From Octopus sinensis (Eukaryota): 64,000 bases of DNA. Below the pieces are notes generated by a model that was not told the origin of the DNA, searched no databases, and saw nothing but the letters and a program-made list of their open reading frames with translations. A program made the translations under genes and the position numbers. Positions 1 to 9,808 of this stretch are shown here, one piece after another. The stretch covers positions 32,674,001 to 32,738,000 of the forward strand of contig NC_043005.1 in assembly GCF_006345805.1 (NCBI RefSeq), read 5' to 3'. Numbering within the stretch: position 1 is the stretch's first letter; every line of letters starts with the position of its first letter.

Positions 1-1638
1 TATCATCCATGAATTTATTCCATATATTTTTCTTCATTTGACTTCACTCACATTAACCTTTTAGGTTCTCTCACCTTTTATTTGTGTTTATGTGTATATT
101 TTATACTGTTGGGTGTTACTGTTGGGTGCCCTATTATCTAATATATAAATCCCGTTCTGTCTGTTTTTTTGTGCGCTTATAACTCGAGTATTGTTCATAC
201 AATTGTGCTGAAATTTTAAACATGGATACTTGAGAGAGCAAGGCGTTCCGTAATCTAAAACATTTTTCAAAATTGTCAGCTTCAAAGTGAGAATCGCTAT
301 TTTTGTAATCTTTTCGTTCTGCTTCTTTCACCATCCTGTTCATTAACCGGTGTTCTAAACAATTCATTTCTATGTTTTCACATTTAAATGACAGTTATAT
401 GTAACTAAAGCTTGCTATTTGTAAATACAGTCTTATTTTAATTTAAATATTATACCACAAACAACTGTATTCATTTCCGCATTTTCACATGTTTGTAAGC
501 AGCCAAACTCTTGATATCACTCTAACTTTAATTAACAGTAATCAATCACATGCATTCACAGTCAAATGTGTTCTTATGGCTGTTTTACATGCAATAAACC
601 AGCTGACATGAAAAACTGCTTGGAAAAGGCACTTAATTCAAGTGAGCAAAAAAGTGAAAATAAAGCAAATAAATAACTGGTGATGACTCAATTTTCTGAA
701 GATATTCTCAACAAAATTCAATTGAAAGTAGAAAAGACTAATTAATTACTAATGAAATGTGAAAAATTGGAGGGATTACATCTAAAATCTTGCCTCACAT
801 TTCTCATTCAACTTTAAAAAAATAAATGGTATTGTTCAATTTTTGAGATAAAATTGATTTGCAAAGTACATGCCTTATGCTATTTTATTGCACATTGTGT
901 TTTTTCACCTCTGAGTTTCAATTCTTTTTGTGTCAGTTTTTGAGAGAGGAGAGACTTCCCTAAGCATTTTTGCGCCTTTATTGAGTAACAGTTTCTACTT
1001 GCCTGTCCATCAGGTGATTAAAACTTCCATTTATATTTTTATTTGAAATTAATGTTACTTATCTCGTAATTCTTACCACTTTGACAGTGAAAATCGAAAT
1101 AAAATATGTGAAGCAACAGTTGTCAAATACAAAAGCCAAAGAACTGTTTATTACTTAAATATCACTTGCAATATTCACTTTGGAGATAAAACAGCATTCA
1201 GTCTGACATATAGGTGTTAACATGAGGTATTTACTATGGAAGAGTACATTGTGCTTATCCTAATATGAAAGTTTTTGAGTGTAAAAAGTTTTAGGTTAAT
1301 TATGATGTCCGATTCCAGTGGAAGTTGTATATATTGTGGGCTGAACAACTTTCCTTCATTTTATTGGCCTCATGACAAATTTGAAAAAGTTCAATCAGTT
1401 TTCCTTTTTTTAGAAGAAACAAGCAACAATGTTTCAAGAATCTTTAATGCCCTAACCAAAAGTAACAGCCCCATACAATCACCAAACATCTTCACAACGT
1501 TTCTTGACTTTTTACTTCCTCCCCTTTGGTTTTTTCCCCCTTATTTAATGGTCATTCTAATAGCTCTTTTGTCTTAATAACGGTCAATTACATAGTAATT
1601 TCCCTTTGTTTAACTGTCATTTTCATAGCATATTTTGA

Positions 1639-1709
1639 TTGCCTCCATAACTGAAGAGATGCCGAAGCAGGTTTCCACCGACATCTGAAACTCAGTCTTA
1701 CTATGGCAA
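1639..1709 (+). ncRNA. Type-I hammerhead ribozyme-like motif (variant with extra U before GAAA)
   Basis: CTGAAGA 1651-1657; stem II GATGCCG/CGACATC; T-GAAA 1686-1690; pseudo-palindromic stem III ACT-C-AGT; GTC cleavage triplet ending 1697; imperfect stem I ttgcc..ataa / ttac..ggcaa. Confidence 0.6.
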
Positions 1710-1739
1710 CCGAATAATTGTGTATTATGTATATGTATG

Positions 1740-1780
<41 letters not shown>

Positions 1781-1840
1781 GTGTGTGTGTATGTATGTGT
1801 ATACACACACACACATATATATATACATATCATATATATA

Positions 1841-1987
1841 TGTGGTAAGTAGCTTCTTTACCCACCACATGGTTCCGGGTTCAGTCCCACTGCATGGAAA
1901 CTTGTGCAAGTGTCTTCTACTATAGCCTCGGGCTAACCAAAGCCTTGTGAGTGGATTTGGTAGACAGAAACTGAAAGGAGACCGTCT

Positions 1988-2024
<37 letters not shown>

Positions 2025-2208
2025 TTGTGTTTGTCCCCTAGCATCACTTCACAACCGATACTTGTGTGTTTACAGTTCAGCAAAAGAGACCAATAGAATA
2101 AGTACTAGACTTACAAAGAATAAGTTTTGGGATCGATTTGCTCTACGAAAGGCGGTGCTCCAGCATGGCCACAGTCAAATTACTAAAACAAATAAAAGAC
2201 TAAAAGAA
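1841..2208 (+). mobile_element. tRNA-derived SINE family A (octopus-type, internal TA/TG microsatellite)
   Basis: tRNA-like head tgtggtaag..ccacatggttccgggttcagtccc, central gcaagtgtcttctactatagcc, tail cagtcaaat..aaaagaata; many homologous copies in window. Confidence 0.85.
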
Positions 2209-2230
2209 TATACGTGTGTGTGTGTATGTA

Positions 2231-2281
<51 letters not shown>

Positions 2282-2284
<3 letters not shown>

Positions 2285-2661
2285 AAAGTAACCACCATGT
2301 GGTCTACTCTCACACTAAAAATAGATCTGCTAGGTTTCAGCCACAAAAGAATTGTTTCCGATGAAAGTTAGCACGACTACTACCGCAAACGAACAGGGCA
2401 AATAAACATAACAAAAATGCAGATTAGTTCAGGACAATTGTTTCGCTATTAATAAATTATGTAATTTTACTCACATAACATATATCTGTAGCTCTTCAGC
2501 CGAACCCGTCCAGAATACAATTTACTCGACCGCACGCTAGATTTCACCATAACGATAAACACACGTTTATTGTAATCCGGGTTTTTTATGCACTAAGCCA
2601 CTTGGTGTTAAATGGATGTACTATTAAATTAGTATCCAATTTTCTCACCCTTATTAGTTGA
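2282..2661 (-). mobile_element. Penelope-like pseudo-LTR fragment carrying a hammerhead
   Basis: Non-coding unit bounded on both sides by (TA)n, contains the canonical hammerhead at 2426-2506, adjacent to a PLE RT. Confidence 0.6.
2426..2506 (-). ncRNA. Type-I hammerhead ribozyme, canonical core
   Basis: Minus strand reads GGTTCGG-CTGAAGA-GCTA-(40 nt loop)-TAGC-GAAA-CAATTG-TC-CTGAACT; 7-bp stem I, 4-bp stem II with G10.1-C11.1, palindromic CAATTG helix III, GUC cleavage between plus-strand 2433 and 2432. Confidence 0.85.
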
Positions 2662-2697
<36 letters not shown>

Positions 2698-2705
<8 letters not shown>

Positions 2706-3094
2706 TTATGTGTATATTTTATTTTATCCTTATAACCTGCATTTGCCAAGGCTATGTTGTATTGGTCCTTATGCTTGTTAAATATATCCTCATTCAGTGA
2801 CAGGTATGATAGTCTACTGTTGATAGTTTTAATTAAAGCATTTTTTATTGATGTTGGGTGATTACTTTGGGAGTGTATGTACTTAATATTGGAGTGAGGT
2901 TTTTTAATAGGTTCATGGAGTTCTGTTACTAAATTAACATTTGCATCTAAGAAGTTTATAGAATTATACCCTCTTTCAATGGTGATGGGAAATCCAAACC
3001 TTTTAAAATATTTATATAATTGTTTCTTAATTAGTTCCATGCGTCTATTAGAGACGGTTTTTACGATGAATAATGCATCATCTCTATACAAACC
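2698..3094 (-). mobile_element. Penelope-like element reverse transcriptase fragment
   Basis: ORF 2654..3091: YRDD catalytic motif, INFLD (RT domain 7) and YIHSQSNHP thumb motif typical of PLE RTs; truncated into (TA)n. Confidence 0.85.
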
Positions 3095-3100
3095 TTACTA

Positions 3101-3175
3101 CTTCTGAAAACATTCATCTTATAATTATTTTAATTTCATAAAAGATTTCTGAATCGAAACAGCTGTCAGAGATGT
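3101..3175 (+). ncRNA. Degenerate type-I hammerhead in an inverted pLTR of the Penelope fragment
   Basis: CTGAAAA (G8A) 3104-3110, stem II ATTCA/TGAAT, GAAA 3156-3159, palindrome CAGCTG, TC 3166-3167; the 5' arm of stem I is lost at the junction with the RT. Confidence 0.55.
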
Positions 3176-3278
3176 TGTCATATTTTATGATTAAAAAAGT
3201 AATTTTATTAATTGCTTCTCCATTTTTTCCTTATTCTTTAAATATATATTTATTTGTATGTATATATATATGTTCATA

Positions 3279-3316
<38 letters not shown>

Positions 3317-3342
3317 CTTTATTTAAAAGCAGCAGAAAATAT

Positions 3343-3395
3343 AACAAAAGCTGTCACTCAGAGTTTCATGTTCCCATTCATCTGACAGTTTTGTT
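3343..3395 (-). ncRNA. Degenerate minimal hammerhead (same family as 9657-9705)
   Basis: Minus: AACAAAA-CTGT-CAGATGA-ATG-GGAA-CAT-GAAA-CTC-T-GAG-TG-ACAG-C-TTTTGTT; U4A and GUG triplet suggest inactivation. Confidence 0.6.
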
Positions 3396-3676
3396 AAAAT
3401 AGAACTGAAATAACAATATGATCAAAACTAGTTAAAGGATACACCTTTAAAAATGGATTTATTTCATTGGTTCTTTCAATTAACGGTCTTAAGTATGCAA
3501 TGAACAAAATAAACAAAATAAATGAATTCAATAAATACTCATCCTATTATAAAAATCTATATATATATTCATTTATATATACATGTATATATGGGTACAG
3601 GATGTCACCAACTGTAAACAACGTGAAATACGAAACAAGGAAGTTTAAGTACACAAACGAGTTAAATACATAAACA

Positions 3677-4086
3677 GGGCTGTCTTATGAAGAAAGGCTG
3701 AAGACGCTTGACCGTTATTCTCTAGAAAAACGACGACGCCGTGGTGATCTCATTCTTGCTCACAACATCATAAGCGGAAAGTGTAACCTCTCGAAAGAGC
3801 TGTTCTTCCCTCCTGCTCCAGAGCGTCGGCTGCGGGGTCATTCCGAAAAGCTCTATCTGCGACGATTTCATCTCAATCGAAGGAGAGGGGCTTTTTCCGT
3901 CTGGGTTGCAGATCCGTGGAATAAGCAGCTAGACGAGATGGTGAAGATGCCGACGACCGCTCGGTTCAAAGTCTCCCTTGACCACAAGTGGCCTGAACTC
4001 TTTACATGAACACCACCCTGTACATAACTCCATGTCCCCCTACATGGCCTTGCTTTTTGAGCCAAAAAATTAACTAACTAACTAAC
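3677..4086 (+). mobile_element. CR1-clade LINE 3' end (young, 5'-truncated)
   Basis: Open frame 3677-4009 GLSYEERLKTLDRYSLEKRRRRGDLI...RGHSEKL...WNK...LD, typical CR1 ORF2 C-terminus; (TAAC)n tail; CpGs intact. Confidence 0.9.
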
Positions 4087-4090
4087 ATAT

Positions 4091-4147
<57 letters not shown>

Positions 4148-4169
4148 CACACACACACACATGTATATA

Positions 4170-4392
4170 TTTGTATGCTTGTGTCTCTGTTTGTCCCCTC
4201 CACCACCACCATTACTTGATAACTGATGTTGATGTGTTTACGTCCCCATAACTTAGCAGCTCAGCAAAAGAGACCAATAGAATAAATACTAGGCTTACAA
4301 AAAATAAGTCCTGGGGTCAAATTGTTCAACTAAATCTCCTTAAGGTGGTGCACCAGCATGGCCACGGTGAAATGACTGAAACAGGTAAAAGA
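4170..4392 (+). mobile_element. SINE family A, 3' half
   Basis: gtttacgtcccc..cagcaaaagagaccaatagaataaatact..cagcatggccac..aaatgactgaaac matches 2030-2200. Confidence 0.75.
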
Positions 4393-4648
4393 ACATGTGT
4401 GTGTGTGTGTGTGTGTGTTTTTGTTTGTTTCCCACCTGCCTTCGTCTTTTGTCTATTTTCATAAAGCTTCCCGTTATATATATATATATATATATATAGA
4501 AAGAGAGAGGGTAAAGTGGCAGTCCTGATTAGGATAGTGTTACTACCTTTTTTCAGCCCCAGGAAAACATCTTTTCCAGCTGGCTATCGGGACACAACTG
4601 CATCCTTATACCTCGAACAAGGGAGGTAATATTCCCACTCAGCCTTAT

Positions 4649-4694
4649 CCTGTGCCGATGAAGAGAAATAACCCAGAAACCATTGGTGTGTGGG
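4649..4694 (+). ncRNA. Hammerhead-like motif, tandem copy 1
   Basis: CCTGTG-CCGATGA-AGAG-AAATAA-CCCA-GAAA-CCA-T-TGG-TG-TGTGGG. Confidence 0.55.
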
Positions 4695-4967
4695 TACTGT
4701 TTAAGGCTGAGTAGAGACATTAGCTCCTTTACTTGAGGTATAAAGACACATTTTCCTGGGGCTAAAATTGCTAGTAACACCATCCTAATCAGAACTGTCA
4801 CTTTAATTTGGCAAATAGACTTTACTCTGTGGTACTGTTTCCACTGATTTCTTTCTCAGTGATTTAAAACTAATTGTTTTTCTCCTTATGTGATTAGTAA
4901 CTGTGTGTCACTTTAAAAGTATATACTCGAGCAAGGCTTAGAGTTGCTATTTCTAGCCAATGGTTAT

Positions 4968-5013
4968 CCTGTGTCGATGAAGGGAAATAACCCAGAAAGC
5001 ATTGGTCTGCAGG
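4968..5013 (+). ncRNA. Hammerhead-like motif, tandem copy 2
   Basis: CCTGTG-TCGATGA-AGGG-AAATAA-CCCA-GAAA-GCA-T-TGG-TC-TGCAGG; stem I CCTGTG/TGCAGG, GUC at 5005-5007. Confidence 0.6.
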
Positions 5014-5239
5014 TATTGTTTAAGGCTGAGTCAGAACATTACTTCCCTTGTTCGAGGTATAAGGATGCAATTGTGTGCTGAGAGCCGTTTGGAAAAGTGT
5101 TTTCTTGGAGCTAAAAAACGTACTAACAATATCTTAATCAGGACTGTCATTTTATGTTGGCAAATAGATTTTACTCTGTAGTACTGTTACTACTTACTTC
5201 TCGCTCAGAGATTTAAAACTAATTGTTTTTTTCCCTATA

Positions 5240-5295
5240 TCATCATCATCATCGTTGTTTATATCTGCTTTCCATGCTGACATGTGTCGAACGGA
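5240..5295 (-). mobile_element. RTE LINE 3' tail fragment
   Basis: catcatcatcg..tctgctttccatgctgacatg matches the 3' end of the RTE at 62320-62370. Confidence 0.6.
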
Positions 5296-5495
5296 TATAT
5301 ATAGATATATATATATATATTCATGTGTTTTGTTTGTCCCCCTTGATGCTTAATAATTGATGTTAGTTTGTTTACATTCCCTTAACTTAATGGTTCAGTA
5401 AAAGAGACCAGTGGAATAAGTGCCAGAATTGAAATAAGTACTGGAGTTGAATTGTTTGATGATAAATCTAACAGTACAATGACCCATTATTGTTG

Positions 5496-5529
<34 letters not shown>

Positions 5530-5885
5530 ATTGTAGAATCATTAGACTATCAAAGTACCTCACAGTACTTTAAGTTTTGAGATCATATCTTGCTACGGTT
5601 AATTTTGCTTTTCAATCCTCTAGCAAGTTCTGGTCTTTTAATCAATGCCACCCTCTTCCCTCTTCTGATCTTGTGGAAATTATAAGGATGATGGATTGGC
5701 AGAAAAGTTTGGGTCAGAAAATTCTCTTGTAGTATTTCTTGCAGCTTTTGATTTTGTGAGTCTAGTTCCAGCCACTGTCAACTTTCATCCTTTTAGGGTA
5801 CCAGTTGAACACTAAGGTTGATGTAATTCACTTGCCCCTCACCCCAAAATTGCTGGCCTTGTGTCAAAATTGAAAGCTATTATTA
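5530..5885 (+). mobile_element. SINE family B, two degenerate tandem copies
   Basis: tggcagaa..ttgagt..ctttcatcc..gatgtaat..gctggccttgtg with (att)n tails. Confidence 0.6.
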
Positions 5886-5889
5886 TTGT

Positions 5890-7175
5890 TTTTGTTTTTA
5901 TTTGCTAGTGCATGCTAATTTAGTTAGCAGGTATTTTATCATGAGATTTGTTGACAAGTCTCTTCAAATCTCGAGAATCTTTCTTAGGACTCTTACAGCA
6001 AGTTTCAATTCTAGTTTTCTTTCAGTCTTGTAGGTAGCAGTTTGATTGTTGTGTCAAGTGCACTAATTCCTACTGCAATAAATATTGTCTTGATCTTCTA
6101 CAGTCTCCTCAGTTCTCTGGCTAGATCTGGATATTTCTCAGTTTTTTTCTATTTCTTTGCTATCAACTCTGCTATCATAGGAAATTACAAAATCTATGAG
6201 TTTTCATTGTCTTCTATGATCATATCTGGCCTTCTGGCTTCAATAGTGTGGTTATTTTTTTAATGAGGAAATCCTGCAAGATCTTGTAACTCTCTTTTTC
6301 TGTCAGATACTCTGGTTTGTGTTCTTTATTGCTTTTAGGGTGGAGTGCATTGTGAGCAGTTCTTAGTTCTGTAGCTGAACCTTTGTTTTAGAATGGGAGC
6401 AGAGTATCTCTCTATGAGTATAGCCCATGTATTTATGGTTTCAACCCTTTCATTACCATATTTAATTTGAGATGCTCTGTGTTTCTTTCAATTACTTTGA
6501 ATATAACGAAGAATTTAGTAAAATAACTTATTTATCATTCAGTTAGTGTTAGGAACATAAATTGTAACTAAGGTTTGGTGGAAGATTTTAATTCAAAACT
6601 TATGAAAACAAGACATTTGTACTACAGAGCCAGAGCCGGATTCAGCTGGATTGGTAACAAAAGGGTTAATGGTGCTCCCACCATTTAATTTTGAGTGCCC
6701 TCTTAATTCTCTTGTACTTTCTCTCTCATTTCTTCTTCTGTTATCCTGTTGTTTTGCAGCACTCTTAAATATATGTACCACTCATTATTCCACAGAAATC
6801 AAATGATGTTGTCTTGTGGCAATGTTATGCCATCAGAGTTTACCTTCTGGCCTCTCTTCATAATTAGTACTGTGCATTTATTTACCTCAAACTGTATTCC
6901 AGTATCTTTACTCAGTGTTTGGATTGAAAAGTCCAAGTTTGTTTCATTTTTTTGTATACAACTTGAGGTCATCACCTATGGATGACCTCCATAAGTGATT
7001 TATTCTTATCTTGATTTTGGTAAACTCATAGGCAAGTCTGAATTTTCTCAGTATATTTGTCACGGGGATTTGTGTAATGACAAAGAGTAATGGAGAGAGT
7101 GAGTCTCCTTGGAAAATGTCCCTGTGTATTTTCGTGATACCTAACGATTCATTTGCACATGTCAGTTCTACTTGC
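5890..7175 (-). mobile_element. R4/Dong-like (RLE) non-LTR retrotransposon, degenerate, interrupted by a MITE
   Basis: Minus frames give IFQGDSLSPLLFVI, INHL..DDLKLY, GIQFEVNKC..MKRG..GITLP (RT) and KKTEKYPDLARELRRL (restriction-like endonuclease). Confidence 0.8.
6478..6669. mobile_element. Non-autonomous DNA transposon (TTAA-ended, piggyBac-like MITE), partial
   Basis: Ends ggtaacaaaagggTTAA; a related copy at 30302-30445 begins TTAAatcctttgttacc. Confidence 0.55.
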
Positions 7176-7347
7176 TTGATATTTCATATATGCATAACAA
7201 TTAAACTGTTGGAAAAGAATTCTTAACATCAGGCTACAACAGGTAATGTTAGATAGCAAGAATTTTCCTCAGTCTCCTAGCTGTCCCTAATTACATTTTT
7301 TTCTGGAGTTGTTGCTATTATTATTATGAGTTTTATTATTATTATTA

Positions 7348-7990
7348 TATGTTCTGAGTTCAAATGTCACTGAGGTTGACTTTGTCTTTCATCCTTTCAG
7401 GGTTGATAAATTAAGTACCAGTCAAGTACTGGGGTCGATATAATTGACTATCCCTCTCCCCTAAATTTCAGGCCTAGTACCCAAGGTAGAAAGGGTTGCT
7501 GTTATGATGATGATGATGAAAAAGGCAGCAAGCTGGTAGAACCGTTAGCAGGACATGCCTTTCATCCTTTTGGGGTCAATAAAATAAGTAGCAGTTGAGT
7601 ACTGAAGTTGGTATAACCAACTAACCCCGTACCCACATAGTTCAGGCCTTGCGCCTATAGTAGAAAGGATTATTATTATTATTGTTGTTATTTTGTTGCT
7701 TTTAGGTGAGCTGACACAACCATTAGCATGCTTAGAGGAATTTCTTCTAGCCGGTTAGATTCTGAGTTCTCATCCTGCTGTAGTCAGTTTCACCTTTCAT
7801 CCTTTTGGTGGTGGTGGTGGTGGTGTCAATAAAATAAAATATCAGTCCACAAACAATAATTATAACTAAGAGATTCATCATAAAATGAACTTTCAATTCA
7901 ATTTAAATAGTTATTTTTGATGCAATTGACTTATCCCCCACACCCTCAAATTTCTGGGCTTCTGCCAAAATTAGAAAGGATTATTATTAT
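7348..7990 (+). mobile_element. SINE family B, three tandem copies
   Basis: ttctgagttcaaat..gaggttgactttg..tttcatcctttc.ggg..gataaa..agtaccag..ggggtcgat repeated, (att)n tails. Confidence 0.85.
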
Positions 7991-8254
7991 TATCAGCATC
8001 ATTTCCCTATCTCATGTCAATGTTCTGCTCCTCACCCTAGTAACTCACTTTTTGTGTGTGTGTGTGCGTGAAATCATCCTGGGGTGAAAAGAGAGATGTA
8101 CAAGACAGCAGACAGTTTGTCTTCACTCTCTTTCTTATACACATACACATACACGTACACATTCTCCTGCATACATTCACGCATGTGCACACACACGCAC
8201 ACTTTCAAGCCATTTCAACAAGCCAAGCAGCAGCTCACTGCTCAGTCAGTCTGA

Positions 8255-8285
<31 letters not shown>

Positions 8286-8579
8286 ACTTATTATTTATCC
8301 TACTTCGCCACCACCCCTTCTCTCATCTCTCCCTCCCCTGAAGGCAAGTAGATAGAAAGAAGTCAGAAGATAAGACTTTTTTCTTTGGAGTTTTGGAGTA
8401 AAGCACTCAATTTTAACATTTACAGGACTCTTTGAGGGGATTCCTTCCTCCCCACTACTTAATCACTTCATTTAGTTTACTGTTAAATTAGAGGAAAAAA
8501 AAATCTTGCGGATGGGGAGGATGGAGGAGGAGGATTTTGAAATGTATTGGGCTTTCTTCTGTTTTTAGATTCCACATAA

Positions 8580-8646
8580 CTTATTCTCTGTGTGTGTATA
8601 CATATCTTACACTACACATATACACACACACACACACAGAGAATAA

Positions 8647-8689
<43 letters not shown>

Positions 8690-8757
8690 CGATGTATATA
8701 TACACACACACAGAGAATAAGTTTATATATATATATATATATATTGGTAAAACGGTA

Positions 8758-8802
<45 letters not shown>

Positions 8803-8838
8803 ATATATATACATACACACACACACACACAGAATAAG

Positions 8839-8885
<47 letters not shown>
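8580..8885. repeat. Compound (CA)n-GAATAAG-(TA)n minisatellite
   Basis: cacacaga(ga)ataag followed by (ta)n three times, plus an inverted copy at 8580. Confidence 0.7.
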
Positions 8886-8891
<6 letters not shown>

Positions 8892-9077
8892 AATTCTATT
8901 AGAGGTTATAAAAACTGTCTAGGGTATTTGTATCCAATGAATTACTGGTGTTTTACCTATATGTGATTATGTGTATTATCATTAATGCTCATAAATGATA
9001 GGTAAGGAAAGGAATAAACTGAACATATATATATATATATATATATAGTCCATGTCTGTAATTATTTTTACTGTTTA

Positions 9078-9130
<53 letters not shown>

Positions 9131-9131
9131 T

Positions 9132-9269
9132 AGGAGTGGCTGTGTGGTAAGTACCTTGCTTACCAACCACATCCTTCGGGGTTCAGTCCCACTGCATGGC
9201 ATCTTGGGTAAGTGTCTTCTACTGTAGCCTTGTGAGTGGATTTGAAAGATAGAAACTGAAAGAAGCCTG

Positions 9270-9309
<40 letters not shown>

Positions 9310-9500
9310 TTGTGTTTGTTCCCCCACCACCACCATCGCTTGACAACCGAATGCTGGTGTGTTTACATCCCCCGTAACTTATCAGTTTGGCAAAAGGGTT
9401 TAATAGAATAAGTACTAGACTTACGAAGAATAAGTCCTGGGGTTGATTTGTTTGTCTAAAGGTGGTACTGTAGTCAAATGACTGAAATGAGTAAAAGAGT
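9132..9500 (+). mobile_element. SINE family A, near full length
   Basis: gtggctgtgtggtaag..gggttcagtcccactgcatggc..gtcaaatgactgaaatgagtaaaagag. Confidence 0.85.
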
Positions 9501-9533
<33 letters not shown>

Positions 9534-9596
9534 GCAATAATAATTCTCTAAACGAGATTTAGACAAGCCACATTCAAATGGCTAATGTCCCTTATG

Positions 9597-9629
<33 letters not shown>

Positions 9630-9630
<1 letters not shown>

Positions 9631-9808
9631 TTTATTTAAAGCAGCAGAAAATTCAACAAAACCTGTTACTCTGAGTTTCCCGTTGCCGTTCATCGGACAG
9701 TTTTTGCTAGCAAATTTTCTGCTGCTTTAAATAAAGCATATTACTCTACCACTGGTATTTGAGTACTCTTTTTCCCACTTTGTTTCACATTTATGTGTTT
9801 ACTCCGGT
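9630..9808. mobile_element. PLE pLTR-like unit with a perfect 24-bp inverted repeat enclosing a hammerhead
   Basis: 9630-9653 is the exact reverse complement of 9713-9736; homologous to 3317-3395; flanked by (TA)n on both sides. Confidence 0.65.
9657..9705 (-). ncRNA. Minimal type-I hammerhead (U4C core variant, GUA site)
   Basis: Minus: AAAA-CTGT-CCGATGA-ACG-GCAA-CGG-GAAA-CTC-A-GAG-TA-ACAG-G-TTTT. Confidence 0.65.

Larger units (their letters stand above)
4512..5238 (+). mobile_element. Retrozyme/PLE-pLTR-like unit: inverted partial copy plus two direct tandem copies, each with a hammerhead motif
   Basis: Direct copies start at 4645 and 4964 (offset 319); 4512-4646 is the reverse complement of part of the unit; preceded by (TA)n. 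Confidence 0.7.

Noticed and set aside
88-367. Minus-strand ORFs with SHFEADNFE, loosely like a THAP-domain tail
   Set aside because: The conserved Cys/Trp/AVP residues are missing; at most an unidentifiable transposon relic.
1275-1577. 100-aa ORF containing PSFYWP
   Set aside because: Non-ATG start, no splice support, and only a vague resemblance to transposon-derived peptides.
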